A stretch of 64,000 bases of DNA from a phage, in the sequence record PX667085.1; one strand, given 5' to 3'. How positions within the stretch are numbered: the first letter of the stretch is position 1; each line of letters starts with the position of its first letter. Below are positions 1 to 9,896 of the stretch, in pieces. The notes under the pieces were generated by a model. The model did no database searches, was not told the origin of the DNA, and saw nothing but the letters and a program-made list of their open reading frames with translations. The translations under genes and the position numbers were made by a program.

Positions 1-1
1 A

Positions 2-283
2 CTTCAATGTTTTGATGATATTCCTCTTTTTGTTTTCCGTTTAATCTATGTGAAAGAAGAAGATTTGCGAATGGTTTGTAAATTGTGCAACTCTATTCTT
101 GCTTATGCAGACAAGCAAGGTATATCTTTTGAAGAAGCGAAAGCTGAAAAAGAAGCGATAGCTTTGTGCAGAGCTAAGAAAGATAAAGCATGGCTGAAGA
201 AGCGTAAAATAGAACCTGAAAGCACAGTAGCGAAACGCCGCAAACAAATAGTCAAAATCCTATTGCAGGAAATTGAAAGTTAG
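2..283 (+). CDS. hypothetical protein, 3' portion (reading frame open to window start)
   Basis: Frame has no stop between base 2 and 283; ORF table entry 50..283 starts at an internal GTG. Confidence 0.4.
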   Translation, partial: LQCFDDIPLFVFRLIYVKEEDLRMVCKLCNSILAYADKQGISFEEAKAEKEAIALCRAKKDKAWLKKRKIEPESTVAKRRKQIVKILLQEIES

Positions 284-319
284 TATAAGATAACTATACT
301 AAAAGAGAGAGGAGGTTTT

Positions 320-928
320 ATGCAGATAGTATGTGATTGGGATTTAGTTGTGGCTCCATTAGATGTTGCTTGGTTAGAATGGTTGAATAAGATTAGTGGA
401 CTTGGTGTTAAGATAGACACATTCACAAAAAATGCAGACTATGATCTTACCAACTACTTTCCTGGTTTCAGGGAGGAGTTCAATATAAATCCTTACGGAT
501 TTCTGGATAATCCTCATCTCTATGATACAATGGGTTTTGTTCCAGGTATGCCAGATTTCTTAAAGTATGTTTCAAGGAAAGGTAGCAATCTTTTGATCGC
601 AAGTGTGACAAAAGGTGGTCACTTAAGTTCTAAACATAAGCATGTTTTAAGAACATTAGATACGATTGATTTTAGCAAAGGATCTGGCAACGGCTTTTTT
701 GCTACGAAAGAAAAATACTTATTGCCTTGTGATATAGCAATAGATGACAGGGCTGATAACCTACTATATTTTCCAGATGAAGTGGTTAAAATATATTTTA
801 ATACGCCTTATAAAGATAACCATCTAGAAGAACTAAAGAAAAAACCAAATGTTGTGATCACAGGTTTAGAAGATCAGTGGCTAACATGTTTGGATGTTTT
901 TAACACTTTGAACAATTTTAAAAACTAA
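320..928 (+). CDS. HAD-superfamily hydrolase, putative 5'(3')-deoxyribonucleotidase
   Basis: N-terminal DWD (HAD motif I-like), C-terminal IDDRADN (motif IV-like); RBS GAGAGGAGG upstream. Confidence 0.5.
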   Translation: MQIVCDWDLVVAPLDVAWLEWLNKISGLGVKIDTFTKNADYDLTNYFPGFREEFNINPYGFLDNPHLYDTMGFVPGMPDFLKYVSRKGSNLLIASVTKGGHLSSKHKHVLRTLDTIDFSKGSGNGFFATKEKYLLPCDIAIDDRADNLLYFPDEVVKIYFNTPYKDNHLEELKKKPNVVITGLEDQWLTCLDVFNTLNNFKN

Positions 929-937
929 GGAGAAAAA

Positions 938-1936
938 ATGACAAAACAGATTTCGGCTAGTATTATTGCGCATTCCATCACTGAAGACGGAAAAGAGATT
1001 GTAACTTTTGAACTAGAATATCCACGTATTATTCATTCAGAATTGATGACTCACCGCCTGTTCAGTCGTAATGCTGCTTCTAGCCGTGCTATACCTGTTA
1101 AAACACTGATTGAAATGGTGCGAAATCAACCTGCTCGTCCTTATCGTTTTGGGGCTAACCAACCTGGTATGCAGGATAAAGGTGTTGATCACGATGCTCT
1201 TATTGATGCAGGTTATACTGCTCAAGAGTGGTGGGATCTTGCCGCGCTTAGTGCAGCACGTTTTGCAGAAGAATTCTCTTTGGCAGGGTACCACAAACAA
1301 GTTGCAAACCGTCTTCTGGAACCTTTCCAACGAATTAAAACAGTTCTGACAGCAACAGAATATGAAAATTTCTGGTGGCTACGTGATGACAAAGAAGCCG
1401 ATCCTACTATCGAAGCTTTGGCTAAAGAGATGCACAAAGAGTATGAAGGATCTACACCAGAAGTGCTGAAACCAGGGCAATGGCACACACCTTATGTAGA
1501 CCATTTCTATGATACTATTGGCACAGAAGGTGACGATCATTTTGTTTTTGGTGGATACTATGTTCAAGATGAATCTGGAGAAGTTGTTGTGCTTACTTTG
1601 GAAGAAGCCAAAGCTATTTCAGCTTCGTGTTGTGCACAGGTTAGTTATCGTCGTTTAAATGCAACTAAAGATAAAGCTTTAGATATCTATGGTCGCTTGC
1701 TGACTGGGCGCAAGGTTCATGCTTCTCCGTTTGAACATCAAGCCACTCCAATGCAAGAAACATACGAACAATATGGAGAGAACTGTTTTGAAGATTTGTT
1801 TATCAATGCTCCTTGGGATTTTAACTCTTGGGAACCAGGTATTACCCATGTAGATCGTAATGGTAAGTTTTGGTCTGGCAATTTCAAAGGTTGGATTCAA
1901 CATCGTCAACTTTTAACAAATCATACTAAATGGTGA
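938..1936 (+). CDS. thyX: flavin-dependent thymidylate synthase ThyX-like
   Basis: HRLFSRNAASSR resembles ThyX RHR-x7-8-S signature; sits immediately upstream of nrdA where T4 has td. Confidence 0.55.
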   Translation: MTKQISASIIAHSITEDGKEIVTFELEYPRIIHSELMTHRLFSRNAASSRAIPVKTLIEMVRNQPARPYRFGANQPGMQDKGVDHDALIDAGYTAQEWWDLAALSAARFAEEFSLAGYHKQVANRLLEPFQRIKTVLTATEYENFWWLRDDKEADPTIEALAKEMHKEYEGSTPEVLKPGQWHTPYVDHFYDTIGTEGDDHFVFGGYYVQDESGEVVVLTLEEAKAISASCCAQVSYRRLNATKDKALDIYGRLLTGRKVHASPFEHQATPMQETYEQYGENCFEDLFINAPWDFNSWEPGITHVDRNGKFWSGNFKGWIQHRQLLTNHTKW

Positions 1937-1952
1937 TCTGTTTAAATAGTTA

Positions 1953-1980
1953 TTGACTTTAGTATTAGTTTTAGTATAAT
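1953..1980 (+). promoter_or_regulatory. sigma70-type promoter TTGACT-16-TATAAT
   Basis: Near-consensus -35 and -10 hexamers read directly. Confidence 0.6.
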
Positions 1981-2034
1981 ATAGCACAATACTGGGAGGA
2001 GGTGAGTCCTCCCATTCAAAATGAAGGAGAAAAT

Positions 2035-2445
2035 ATGTCATTAGTAAATACTACAACTTGGGCTACCGTAAGCATGTCTACTGTAATGTCTACCCCTATC
2101 TGGAAACTAGAATCAAATAAACACAATGGCAATATCCCACACGAGAAACAAAATGCTGTTATTAGAGCGTCGCTTGTAATGCTGGGTATGGCTGAAGATT
2201 CACACTATTCTGTTGAGCGTAATGTGAATATCCGAAGCAATAACGATAAGCGAGTAGTGTTTGCAAATACAACGCTTTTCACTTTCCCTGTTTCACCTAA
2301 TTGTGGTTTTAAACGAATCTATCAAGAAAATGATATTTTTCATTTTGGTGATGAAGAATTTACAGGTTGGGGTGCGTCACATATTAAGATGGATGATTTC
2401 GGTAACTCTTATGATCCTGCGAAAGCAGATGATACTAATCAATGA
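2035..2445 (+). CDS. hypothetical protein
   Basis: ORF; ATG at 2035 preceded by GAAGGAG (table start 2002 is GTG). Confidence 0.5.
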   Translation: MSLVNTTTWATVSMSTVMSTPIWKLESNKHNGNIPHEKQNAVIRASLVMLGMAEDSHYSVERNVNIRSNNDKRVVFANTTLFTFPVSPNCGFKRIYQENDIFHFGDEEFTGWGASHIKMDDFGNSYDPAKADDTNQ

Positions 2446-2453
2446 GAGGGACA

Positions 2454-2696
2454 ATGACTGATAATAAATATGAAGGCTGTGAAATCGAAGTCTATTTTGA
2501 TGAAACTGTTGGTTGTAATGTAACTGTAATTCTAGACACTTCAAAACGTTTATCTCCTAAAAGACAAGAAGCAGACCGTCGAGCAAAAGCAAAAGGGTTT
2601 GATGACATAACTCATTTTGAAGGTTTTCTATATGCTAATGGACTTTTTAATGAAATGAAGTTCGGTTATGATGTAGATGTTTTGAATATGCATTAA
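2454..2696 (+). CDS. hypothetical protein
   Basis: ORF; second ATG has RBS GAGAGGGA. Confidence 0.45.
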   Translation: MTDNKYEGCEIEVYFDETVGCNVTVILDTSKRLSPKRQEADRRAKAKGFDDITHFEGFLYANGLFNEMKFGYDVDVLNMH

Positions 2697-2712
2697 TAAT
2701 AGGGAGGAGAAG

Positions 2713-4959
2713 TTGATTCGTTTTGTAACTAAATCTAACGGTAAGACAGAGGAGTTTAATCCAGAAAAACTTCGCAAGTGGTCTGAATTTGCAGCAGGTA
2801 AACTAAACTGGTCTGAAATTGAATTAGAAGCTGTGAAGCGGTGTTATGACGGTGTGTCTACACGTGATCTGCATAAAGCAATGATTGCAGCGTGTATTGA
2901 CAAGAAAACACAAGCTTACAGTGATATGGCAGGAAGACTTCTTCTGGGTATGATTTACAAACAGGCTCATGGGGGATACCACAGTATCCCTTCACTGAAT
3001 ACCTTTTATCATGATATGGTAGAACGTGGACATTGGGCTAAAATGGATTATACTGATGAAGAGATCAAAGAAATCGGTAAGATTGTAAAGCATAATAAAA
3101 ATCTAACTTATGGTTATTCTGTTTTACGTCAGATGGTAGATAAATATCTTATTCGAGATGCAGTAAACGATGTTGTGCATGAGTCTCCACAGTTTCTTTT
3201 CATTGGTATCGCAATGAAGGTTATGGAGATCCAACCAAAAGAACGCCGTATAGAAGATATTAAAAAACTTTATACTTATGTTAGCGATCTTAAGATTAAT
3301 CTGCCATCGCCGTATCTGACAACTCTACGAACTCCAATCAAAGGAAGTGCGTCTTGTTGTTTATTCCGTGCAGACGATACGGCAGAGTCTTTAGCCATTG
3401 CTAACTACTTAGCTCATGAGTATACGTTGAATAACGCAGGTATTGGTGTTAATCTTCAAACCCGTGCCACAGGTCAAGGTGTTAAGAATAATCGTATTAT
3501 TCATGGTGGTCTTCTTCCGTATCTGAAATGGATGGAAGATAGTGTTGGAGCTTCGAAGCAAGCAAGCCGTGGAGGTAGTGCTACAGTTACCTTTACCATA
3601 CTTGAACCAGATTTCGACGATCTGATTCGACTGAAGAATCCAACAACACCTATAGATAAACGAGTAGACAAACTGGATTATTCTATTGTTGTTAACCGTT
3701 CATTCTTGCGTCGAGCAGCAAAAAACGAAGATTGGATGTTAGTTAGTTGTGATGATGCTCCTGAACTTTATGAAGCTTTGTATAAAAGTGAAGAAGAGTT
3801 TGATGCAGTTTATGACAAAGTAAGCCGTCGTCGCATTAAGAAAAAATTTGTTAAGGCTCGTGATCTTCTGACAGAGATTATTGTTCAACGTGCAGAAACA
3901 GGACGTATTTACATGTTCTTTGCTGACAACGTTAACAACCATACACCTTTCCTGGATACGGTGTATCAATCAAACCTGTGTCAAGAGATTTTCTTACCGA
4001 CTAAAGCTTTCCACAATATGCCGGATCTCTTTACTGGTGAGAATACTGAAGATCAAGAATTGGCTTTATGTTTCTTATCTTCTATTGTTGCTGGTCGTGT
4101 ATTACCTGAAGAATATGAAGATGTTGCATACTACACTGTATTGACAATTGACAACGTTATTGAAACAATGGATTATCCATTTAAACATAACGAAATAACT
4201 GCTAAAGCACGTAGATCTATTGGTGTAGGCATTACAAACTTAGCGCATTACTTGGCAAGTAATTTTGTAAATTATTCAGATGCTTATGCTAAAAAATTAA
4301 TGCATGAACTTGCAGAACGTCATTACTTTTGGTTGGCAAAAGCCTCTCTGCGTCTGGCTAAGGAAAAAGGTAATGCGGAGTGGATCGATAAGACCAAATG
4401 GCCTCAAGGTTGGCTACCAATTGACACTTATGCTAAAACAGTAGATAGTATCGGTAATTTTGATCTTAAAATGGACTGGGAAGGCTTACGTGCTGAAATC
4501 ATTGAACAAGGTGGTATTCGTAACAGTGTCTTGGCTGCTATTGCACCTAATGAGTCCAGCAGTTTGGTAAGCAATACTACTAACTCTCTGTATCCTGTTC
4601 GTGATACCATTATGTATAAACAAAGTCAGAAAGGCAGTGTATTATTTATTGTTCCAGACTATGAAAAACTGAAAATGTTCTACCAATCTGCCTGGGATAC
4701 TCCGGCTAAAGATCTTGCAGAAATGTATGGTATTTTTACCAAGTTTACGGACCAAGGAATTTCTTGTGATTCTTGGTTAGATTATTCTAAATTGGTAGGG
4801 GGACGTTTATCAGTTAAAGAAGAGATGAAATTTATTTTGAACTTTGCTAGACTGGGTGGTAAGTCATTGTATTACCTTAATAGTAGAACAAAATCAGCAG
4901 ACTCTTTAGCACAAGAAGATAACCTGAAAGAGTCTGGATGTGAGGGTTGCAGCATGTAG
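2713..4959 (+). CDS. nrdA: ribonucleotide reductase class Ia large subunit
   Basis: 748 aa; N-terminal ATP-cone-like VTKSNGKTEEFNPEKL; C-terminal Cys pair CEGC; TTG start after GGGAGGAG. Confidence 0.9.
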   Translation: MIRFVTKSNGKTEEFNPEKLRKWSEFAAGKLNWSEIELEAVKRCYDGVSTRDLHKAMIAACIDKKTQAYSDMAGRLLLGMIYKQAHGGYHSIPSLNTFYHDMVERGHWAKMDYTDEEIKEIGKIVKHNKNLTYGYSVLRQMVDKYLIRDAVNDVVHESPQFLFIGIAMKVMEIQPKERRIEDIKKLYTYVSDLKINLPSPYLTTLRTPIKGSASCCLFRADDTAESLAIANYLAHEYTLNNAGIGVNLQTRATGQGVKNNRIIHGGLLPYLKWMEDSVGASKQASRGGSATVTFTILEPDFDDLIRLKNPTTPIDKRVDKLDYSIVVNRSFLRRAAKNEDWMLVSCDDAPELYEALYKSEEEFDAVYDKVSRRRIKKKFVKARDLLTEIIVQRAETGRIYMFFADNVNNHTPFLDTVYQSNLCQEIFLPTKAFHNMPDLFTGENTEDQELALCFLSSIVAGRVLPEEYEDVAYYTVLTIDNVIETMDYPFKHNEITAKARRSIGVGITNLAHYLASNFVNYSDAYAKKLMHELAERHYFWLAKASLRLAKEKGNAEWIDKTKWPQGWLPIDTYAKTVDSIGNFDLKMDWEGLRAEIIEQGGIRNSVLAAIAPNESSSLVSNTTNSLYPVRDTIMYKQSQKGSVLFIVPDYEKLKMFYQSAWDTPAKDLAEMYGIFTKFTDQGISCDSWLDYSKLVGGRLSVKEEMKFILNFARLGGKSLYYLNSRTKSADSLAQEDNLKESGCEGCSM

Positions 4960-5600
4960 GAGGTCAAATGCTCAAAGGTAAACGTGCAGTGACCGTTACT
5001 ACCGAAAGGGGAGAAATCCCCTTAGTAGTTGATGTAGAAAGACGATTATTTGTAGACGGGAAGCCCGACCCGTCTTACAAAGCTTGGAAAAACATGTTCG
5101 AAAGAGCCTATAAAATGGAACAAGCAAGACCTGGGTATACAGGTGTGACGGTTTGTGACGAGTGGTTTATGTTTTCAAACTTCGACATGTGGTATCAAGA
5201 AAACTTTGTAGCAAACTTTGTTCTGGACAAAGACCTTGTACTTGAAGGTAATACGGTCTATTGTCCAGCGTATTGTAGGTTTGTTCCAGCATATGTGAAT
5301 ACTCTGTTAAGTTACTCAAAAAGGACGGAAAGAAAATCCCTTTTAGGGGTAACTGTAAGAAAATCCGATGGTAAGATTTCTTCTAAATCATCTGGACACA
5401 AAGGAAAGCATTTAGGTTACTTCGCTACAGAGGAAGAGGCACACTTCGCTTGGCTAAAAGATAAAGCTAAGTCAATCAGGGAAACAGCGGATCGTTACAA
5501 AGAGGAAGAACATTTTTATCCAGAGGTGTACAACACTCTTGTAAACAAGGCGGATTTCTATTGGCACCTGGCGGAAACAAAAACAGTATTTCGAGGCTAA
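4947..5600 (+). CDS. homing endonuclease-like protein with AP2-type DNA-binding domain (mobE-like position)
   Basis: C-terminal GVTVRKSDGK...HLGYFATEEEAHFAW resembles AP2 domain; inserted between nrdA and nrdB as mobE is in T4. Confidence 0.5.
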   Translation: MQHVGGQMLKGKRAVTVTTERGEIPLVVDVERRLFVDGKPDPSYKAWKNMFERAYKMEQARPGYTGVTVCDEWFMFSNFDMWYQENFVANFVLDKDLVLEGNTVYCPAYCRFVPAYVNTLLSYSKRTERKSLLGVTVRKSDGKISSKSSGHKGKHLGYFATEEEAHFAWLKDKAKSIRETADRYKEEEHFYPEVYNTLVNKADFYWHLAETKTVFRG

Positions 5601-5604
5601 ATAT

Positions 5605-5626
5605 AAAGGGGCTTCGGCCCCCTTTT
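5605..5626 (+). terminator. intrinsic terminator
   Basis: AAAGGGGCTTCGGCCCCC hairpin followed by TTTTATT. Confidence 0.7.
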
Positions 5627-5643
5627 ATTAAGGAGAATTTTAA

Positions 5644-6729
5644 ATGGCAGCAATTAATTTACACAATGAAGTTTACAAAACAGGAAAATATCCAGTATTT
5701 TTGGGGGAGCAATTAGGGATCTTTGATTCTGTTAACGTAACTTATCCAGAAATGCACAAACTCTACAAACTTCAAAAAGCACAAGATTGGGATGAAAACG
5801 AAGTTAATCTGGATCAGACACGTAAAGATTTCGTAGCTTGTTCTAAAAACAACTATGATGTTATGATTAAAAACTTATCGTTCCAATGGGAAAATGATTC
5901 TCTTGCAAAATCAATCATCACTTTGTTCTCTCCATTCTTGAGTAACAATGAAGCCTGTGCTATGATGATGAAGCAGAGTGAAATGGAAGTTCTCCATGCG
6001 TTAACGTATTCTGAAATAATCCGTCAATGTACTCCAGATCCAATTGAAGTCATCAATCAGATTATGATTAATGATAAAATTTTCAATCGTATGGGTATCA
6101 TTGCTGATATCATGGGTCAGTTGGAAGAAGCTGGTCATAAGTATGCTCTAGGATTGATTGAAGCTAACGATGAACTTCGCTTGCTGATTCTTAAAGGGAT
6201 GGTAGCCCTGATTGGATTAGAAGGTATTCAGTTTATATCTTCCTTCTCTGCTACTTTTGCTATGGCAGAACAACAACTGTTTGTTGGGGCTTGTAAACTG
6301 ATCCAGAAAATTATGCTAGATGAAATCTTGCATGTTAAGATGGACTATGCTGTAATTGATGCATTGATGCATGACCCAATTTGGCGTAAAATTTACGAAG
6401 ATAATATTGAAGAGTTGACTTTGATCCTCGACACTGTTGTTGAACAAGAGGAACAGTGGTGTGACTACCTGTTTAGTGAAGGTCGTTTTATTGTAGGTCT
6501 TAACGCCGAATTGTCTAAACAGTGGGTTTATTTCAATGCTGCTCCTATTTATCGTCGATTGAAAATGAAAGCCAAGTTTAAAGCACCTAAACATAGTCCT
6601 TTAGCTTGGATGGAAAAATGGTTGAATCCTGATTTGATTCAGTCAGCAGCCCAAGAGATTCAGTTAACTAATTACAAATTGAATTCAGCTAACAAAGATC
6701 TCTCTGATGATGAGGAGCTTGACTTCTAA
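5644..6729 (+). CDS. nrdB: ribonucleotide reductase small subunit
   Basis: 361 aa, position after nrdA, size and context typical of class Ia beta subunit. Confidence 0.8.
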   Translation: MAAINLHNEVYKTGKYPVFLGEQLGIFDSVNVTYPEMHKLYKLQKAQDWDENEVNLDQTRKDFVACSKNNYDVMIKNLSFQWENDSLAKSIITLFSPFLSNNEACAMMMKQSEMEVLHALTYSEIIRQCTPDPIEVINQIMINDKIFNRMGIIADIMGQLEEAGHKYALGLIEANDELRLLILKGMVALIGLEGIQFISSFSATFAMAEQQLFVGACKLIQKIMLDEILHVKMDYAVIDALMHDPIWRKIYEDNIEELTLILDTVVEQEEQWCDYLFSEGRFIVGLNAELSKQWVYFNAAPIYRRLKMKAKFKAPKHSPLAWMEKWLNPDLIQSAAQEIQLTNYKLNSANKDLSDDEELDF

Positions 6730-6938
6730 TGATTTTGAGATGTGTTGGTATAATCGACACATTCAAAGACGTTTTTGACAAAGGGGCTTCTTATGAAGCC
6801 TCCGAAATGAAGAATGGTTTTTGTGATGTATTCGGTAAACGCCTGAAGAAAAACGGCGATCCTTGGCTAGGAGTTATGTCTTGTGGTCATATTATTGTAA
6901 ATGGTGTTGCCAAGTTTGAAATAATTAAGGAGGAATAA
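6729..6938 (+). CDS. hypothetical protein
   Basis: 69-aa ORF abutting nrdB stop. Confidence 0.45.
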   Translation: MILRCVGIIDTFKDVFDKGASYEASEMKNGFCDVFGKRLKKNGDPWLGVMSCGHIIVNGVAKFEIIKEE

Positions 6939-7090
6939 TGGCTGAAAAACTTATTTTTTGTCCTGTGTGTGGTGGGACTGGACAGATGGAAGTGGAAATT
7001 ATGGTAACATTTCCTTGCCTGAATTGTCATGGTGAAGGACGAGTAGTAGTCTTTGAAAAAGAAGGGTTGGAGGTAGAAGATGGAGAGTGA
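6938..7090 (+). CDS. small zinc-ribbon protein (50 aa)
   Basis: CPVCGG...CLNCHG; RBS AAGGAGGAA; below ORF-table size cutoff. Confidence 0.4.
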   Translation: MAEKLIFCPVCGGTGQMEVEIMVTFPCLNCHGEGRVVVFEKEGLEVEDGE

Positions 7091-7244
7091 AAAAGAGTAT
7101 GTCCGAATTCCACGAGAATTAACAGATCACATTGCAGAAGCAATAGCTTTCGAAGCTAGATGTTGTGGAGGCATTGCTTACGATATTTATGAAGCAATTA
7201 TTAAAGCTGCTCAAGAAGAGGAGGAGATGAAAAATGGGTATTGA
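7080..7244 (+). CDS. hypothetical small protein (54 aa)
   Basis: Short ORF in compact array, overlapping neighbours. Confidence 0.3.
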   Translation: MESEKEYVRIPRELTDHIAEAIAFEARCCGGIAYDIYEAIIKAAQEEEEMKNGY

Positions 7245-7560
7245 TATCGAATGGCGTATGTTACAGGGTGCACCTTTTAATAAGTGGGAAGAGGTTGTAG
7301 GAGAAGATCCTAGAATTGAAGAAGAATTTGATGGAGATTTTAACTGGTTCTTACAAGAAGGTCTTGACTTAAGTCGCATCTCTCCTTTCTACGATGCTGA
7401 TGAGTCTTATTGCATATATGGTATTTATTTAGAAGGCGGAGAAGGAAGCGTAGCTGTAGATCTTGAGCAAGTAAATGAGAATGCAAAAGAAGCCTATGCA
7501 GAGCTACTTGAAAAATATAACATTAAAACGGAAACTATTATTTCTCAACATGTCTGGTAA
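7234..7560 (+). CDS. hypothetical protein
   Basis: 108-aa acidic ORF. Confidence 0.5.
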   Translation: MGIDIEWRMLQGAPFNKWEEVVGEDPRIEEEFDGDFNWFLQEGLDLSRISPFYDADESYCIYGIYLEGGEGSVAVDLEQVNENAKEAYAELLEKYNIKTETIISQHVW

Positions 7561-7569
7561 GGAGAGAAA

Positions 7570-8136
7570 ATGAAAGTAGAAAAAACAAAAATTGAAGGTG
7601 CGGTAATTATCAAACCAGACGTTTATAAAGATGATCGTGGTTTCTTTTTAGAAACATACAATGAACAAAAATACGAAGATATCATTGGTAAACAAACTTT
7701 CGTTCAAGATAATATGTCTAAATCAAACTTCGGTGTTTTGCGAGGAATGCACTTTCAAACAAATAATCCGCAAGGTAAGCTTGTTCGTTGTGTAAGTGGA
7801 GAAGTATTGGATTTCGCTGTAGATTTACGTAAAGATAGTCCAACTTACGGTGCTTGGGACGGTGTTGTTCTTCGTGCACGACACCATACGCAGTTTTGGC
7901 TTCCCCCTGGTTTGGCACATGGTTTTATAGTTTTGAGTATGGACGCTATCTTTGAATACAAATGCACAACTCCATACGACCCTTCTAGCGAACAAAGTTT
8001 ACGTTGGGATGATCCTGACATAGGGATCGATTGGGGCTTCGATATGATTTTTGACGAAGGTTTTAAACCTATCTTATCAACAAAAGATGCAATGGCTAAA
8101 TCTTTTCAACAGTTGCGTAGTGAGGGTGTATGCTAA
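7570..8136 (+). CDS. rmlC: dTDP-4-dehydrorhamnose 3,5-epimerase
   Basis: DDRGFFLETY and RGMHFQ motifs typical of RmlC cupin. Confidence 0.8.
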   Translation: MKVEKTKIEGAVIIKPDVYKDDRGFFLETYNEQKYEDIIGKQTFVQDNMSKSNFGVLRGMHFQTNNPQGKLVRCVSGEVLDFAVDLRKDSPTYGAWDGVVLRARHHTQFWLPPGLAHGFIVLSMDAIFEYKCTTPYDPSSEQSLRWDDPDIGIDWGFDMIFDEGFKPILSTKDAMAKSFQQLRSEGVC

Positions 8137-8972
8137 CATATCTGGTATTGGGTGGTAATGGACAACTGGGACAAGCTTTACGTAAAGTGGTTCCTTCTAA
8201 TGTATCTTTAATTTATCCTAAAGAACGTGTAGATATTACAAATTTTGAAGCTGTGCGAAACGCTATTGTTGAAGATTATGTAGACGGTGTTATTAACTGC
8301 GCTGCTTATACGGCTGTAGATAAAGCAGAACATGATTTTGCTACTGCTTTGGCTGTTAATGCGTATGGACCTGCAAATATTGCAGCAGTGTGCAGCAAAC
8401 TTAAAATTGATTTTGTGCATATTTCTACAGACTATATTTTTAATTACTCTCACCCTATTTTTGAAGATACTACACCTAACCCAATAAACAATTATGGGTA
8501 TACGAAAGAACTTGGTGAAAAAATGGTGCGAGGAGTTAACCCAAATGCATATATTATTCGAACAGCCTCGGTATATAGCGAATTTGGAAATAACTTTCTA
8601 AAAACGATGTTGTCTCGCTATAATGATGGACAACGTGATTTTATTATTGTTGCTGATCAGTTCTCTTGTCCAACATATGCTCCAGATTTAGCAGAAGCTA
8701 TTTTTGAAGTATTAAAAACAGGTTGGTCAAGGTCTGTTAAGACTTACCATTTTGCAGGAAGCCATTTTATTTCTTGGGCGGAGTTTGCGGAAAAGATCTT
8801 GACACAGATGCCAGAACCTGTTAAGATATCGGCGGTATCAGCTTCAACCTATAATGCTCCAGCAGCACGTCCGGTGAAGTCACAACTAGTAACCAGTCAC
8901 TACCTTACAAAATCAGATTTAAATAAAGGTATTGAACAGTCTTTAGCAGTATTACTTAATAAGGAGAGGTAA
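8130..8972 (+). CDS. rmlD: dTDP-4-dehydrorhamnose reductase
   Basis: N-terminal Rossmann LVLGGNGQLGQAL; length 280 aa; follows rmlC. Confidence 0.75.
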   Translation: MLTYLVLGGNGQLGQALRKVVPSNVSLIYPKERVDITNFEAVRNAIVEDYVDGVINCAAYTAVDKAEHDFATALAVNAYGPANIAAVCSKLKIDFVHISTDYIFNYSHPIFEDTTPNPINNYGYTKELGEKMVRGVNPNAYIIRTASVYSEFGNNFLKTMLSRYNDGQRDFIIVADQFSCPTYAPDLAEAIFEVLKTGWSRSVKTYHFAGSHFISWAEFAEKILTQMPEPVKISAVSASTYNAPAARPVKSQLVTSHYLTKSDLNKGIEQSLAVLLNKER

Positions 8973-9232
8973 TGGAATTTGTAATTTTTGGTAAACCTAA
9001 CTGTCAATTTTGCGAAATGTCAAAACAACTATTAACCATGCGCAATAAACAGTTTGAATATTTAAGTCTTGATCAAGACTATGATTTAGAATCAATGACT
9101 AAAACAGTTGTTGATCTTACCGGAGTTCCTCCACGCACATTTCCACAAATTCTATCTGAAGTGAACGGGGAGGTAACATACGTAGGCGGTTTTACCGAAC
9201 TGCGTGATCTCATGGCTCAAATTGCGGAGTAA
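8972..9232 (+). CDS. glutaredoxin/thioredoxin-like protein (NrdC/NrdH-like)
   Basis: FGKPNCQFCEMSK CxxC active-site motif, 86 aa. Confidence 0.7.
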   Translation: MEFVIFGKPNCQFCEMSKQLLTMRNKQFEYLSLDQDYDLESMTKTVVDLTGVPPRTFPQILSEVNGEVTYVGGFTELRDLMAQIAE

Positions 9233-9237
9233 CAATT

Positions 9238-9387
9238 ATGAAAAGTAAACAGAAACGTAAGATCTTTTCTCGTGCTTTGGCAAATGAGCTGAAGTCCAAC
9301 ATAAAGAAAACGAAACCAAAACGTGAAACTTCTCCAGAACATCTGTTGTTTAACGAGTTGGATCACGGAGTAGGAGACGACGAATAG
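9238..9387 (+). CDS. hypothetical basic small protein (49 aa)
   Basis: Short ORF filling gap between glutaredoxin and endolysin. Confidence 0.35.
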   Translation: MKSKQKRKIFSRALANELKSNIKKTKPKRETSPEHLLFNELDHGVGDDE

Positions 9388-9394
9388 GAAGTAA

Positions 9395-9895
9395 ATGGCT
9401 AAAGTAGTAGATGAGTTTGATATGCTACGAGTCGATGAAGGACTGAAGCTTACTGTTTATCAAGACCATCTTGGTTATTGGACAGTCGGCATAGGACACC
9501 TTCTGACTAAAATAAAAGATAAAGCAAAGGCTATTCAAATCTTAGATAATCTTCTTGGTCGTAAGACTAATGGGGTTATCACAGAAAAAGAAGCCCGTCA
9601 AATCTTTGCTGATGATGTTGCAAAAGTGAAGAGAGACATAAAAAACAGTACTATCTTATCACCAATCTATGATAAGGTTAGTGATACTCGTAAATTGGGA
9701 ATAATCAACATGGTTTTCCAGTTGGGGTTAAAAGGTGCTGAAGGGTTTCAAAATAGCTTGACTTTAATCAGCAATGCATATTATACTCAAGCAGGTAAAA
9801 ACATGCGTAAAAGCCGATGGTATAGCCAGACGCCAAACCGTGCTGAACGAGTAATTAAAGTTCTGACTTCTGGAACTTTAGATGCTTACAACTAA
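9395..9895 (+). CDS. e: endolysin, T4 lysozyme family (muramidase)
   Basis: EMLRVDEGLKLTVYQD..YWTVGIGHLLTK...INMVFQ...KSRWYSQTPNRAERVI aligns by eye with T4 gene e lysozyme along its length. Confidence 0.9.
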   Translation: MAKVVDEFDMLRVDEGLKLTVYQDHLGYWTVGIGHLLTKIKDKAKAIQILDNLLGRKTNGVITEKEARQIFADDVAKVKRDIKNSTILSPIYDKVSDTRKLGIINMVFQLGLKGAEGFQNSLTLISNAYYTQAGKNMRKSRWYSQTPNRAERVIKVLTSGTLDAYN

Positions 9896-9896
9896 T

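Noticed and set aside
938-1936. Thymidylate synthase as ThyA (td), as in T4
   Set aside because: The sequence lacks ThyA hallmarks and instead has an HR-x8-S-x-R segment resembling the ThyX signature, so it is called ThyX-like with moderate confidence.
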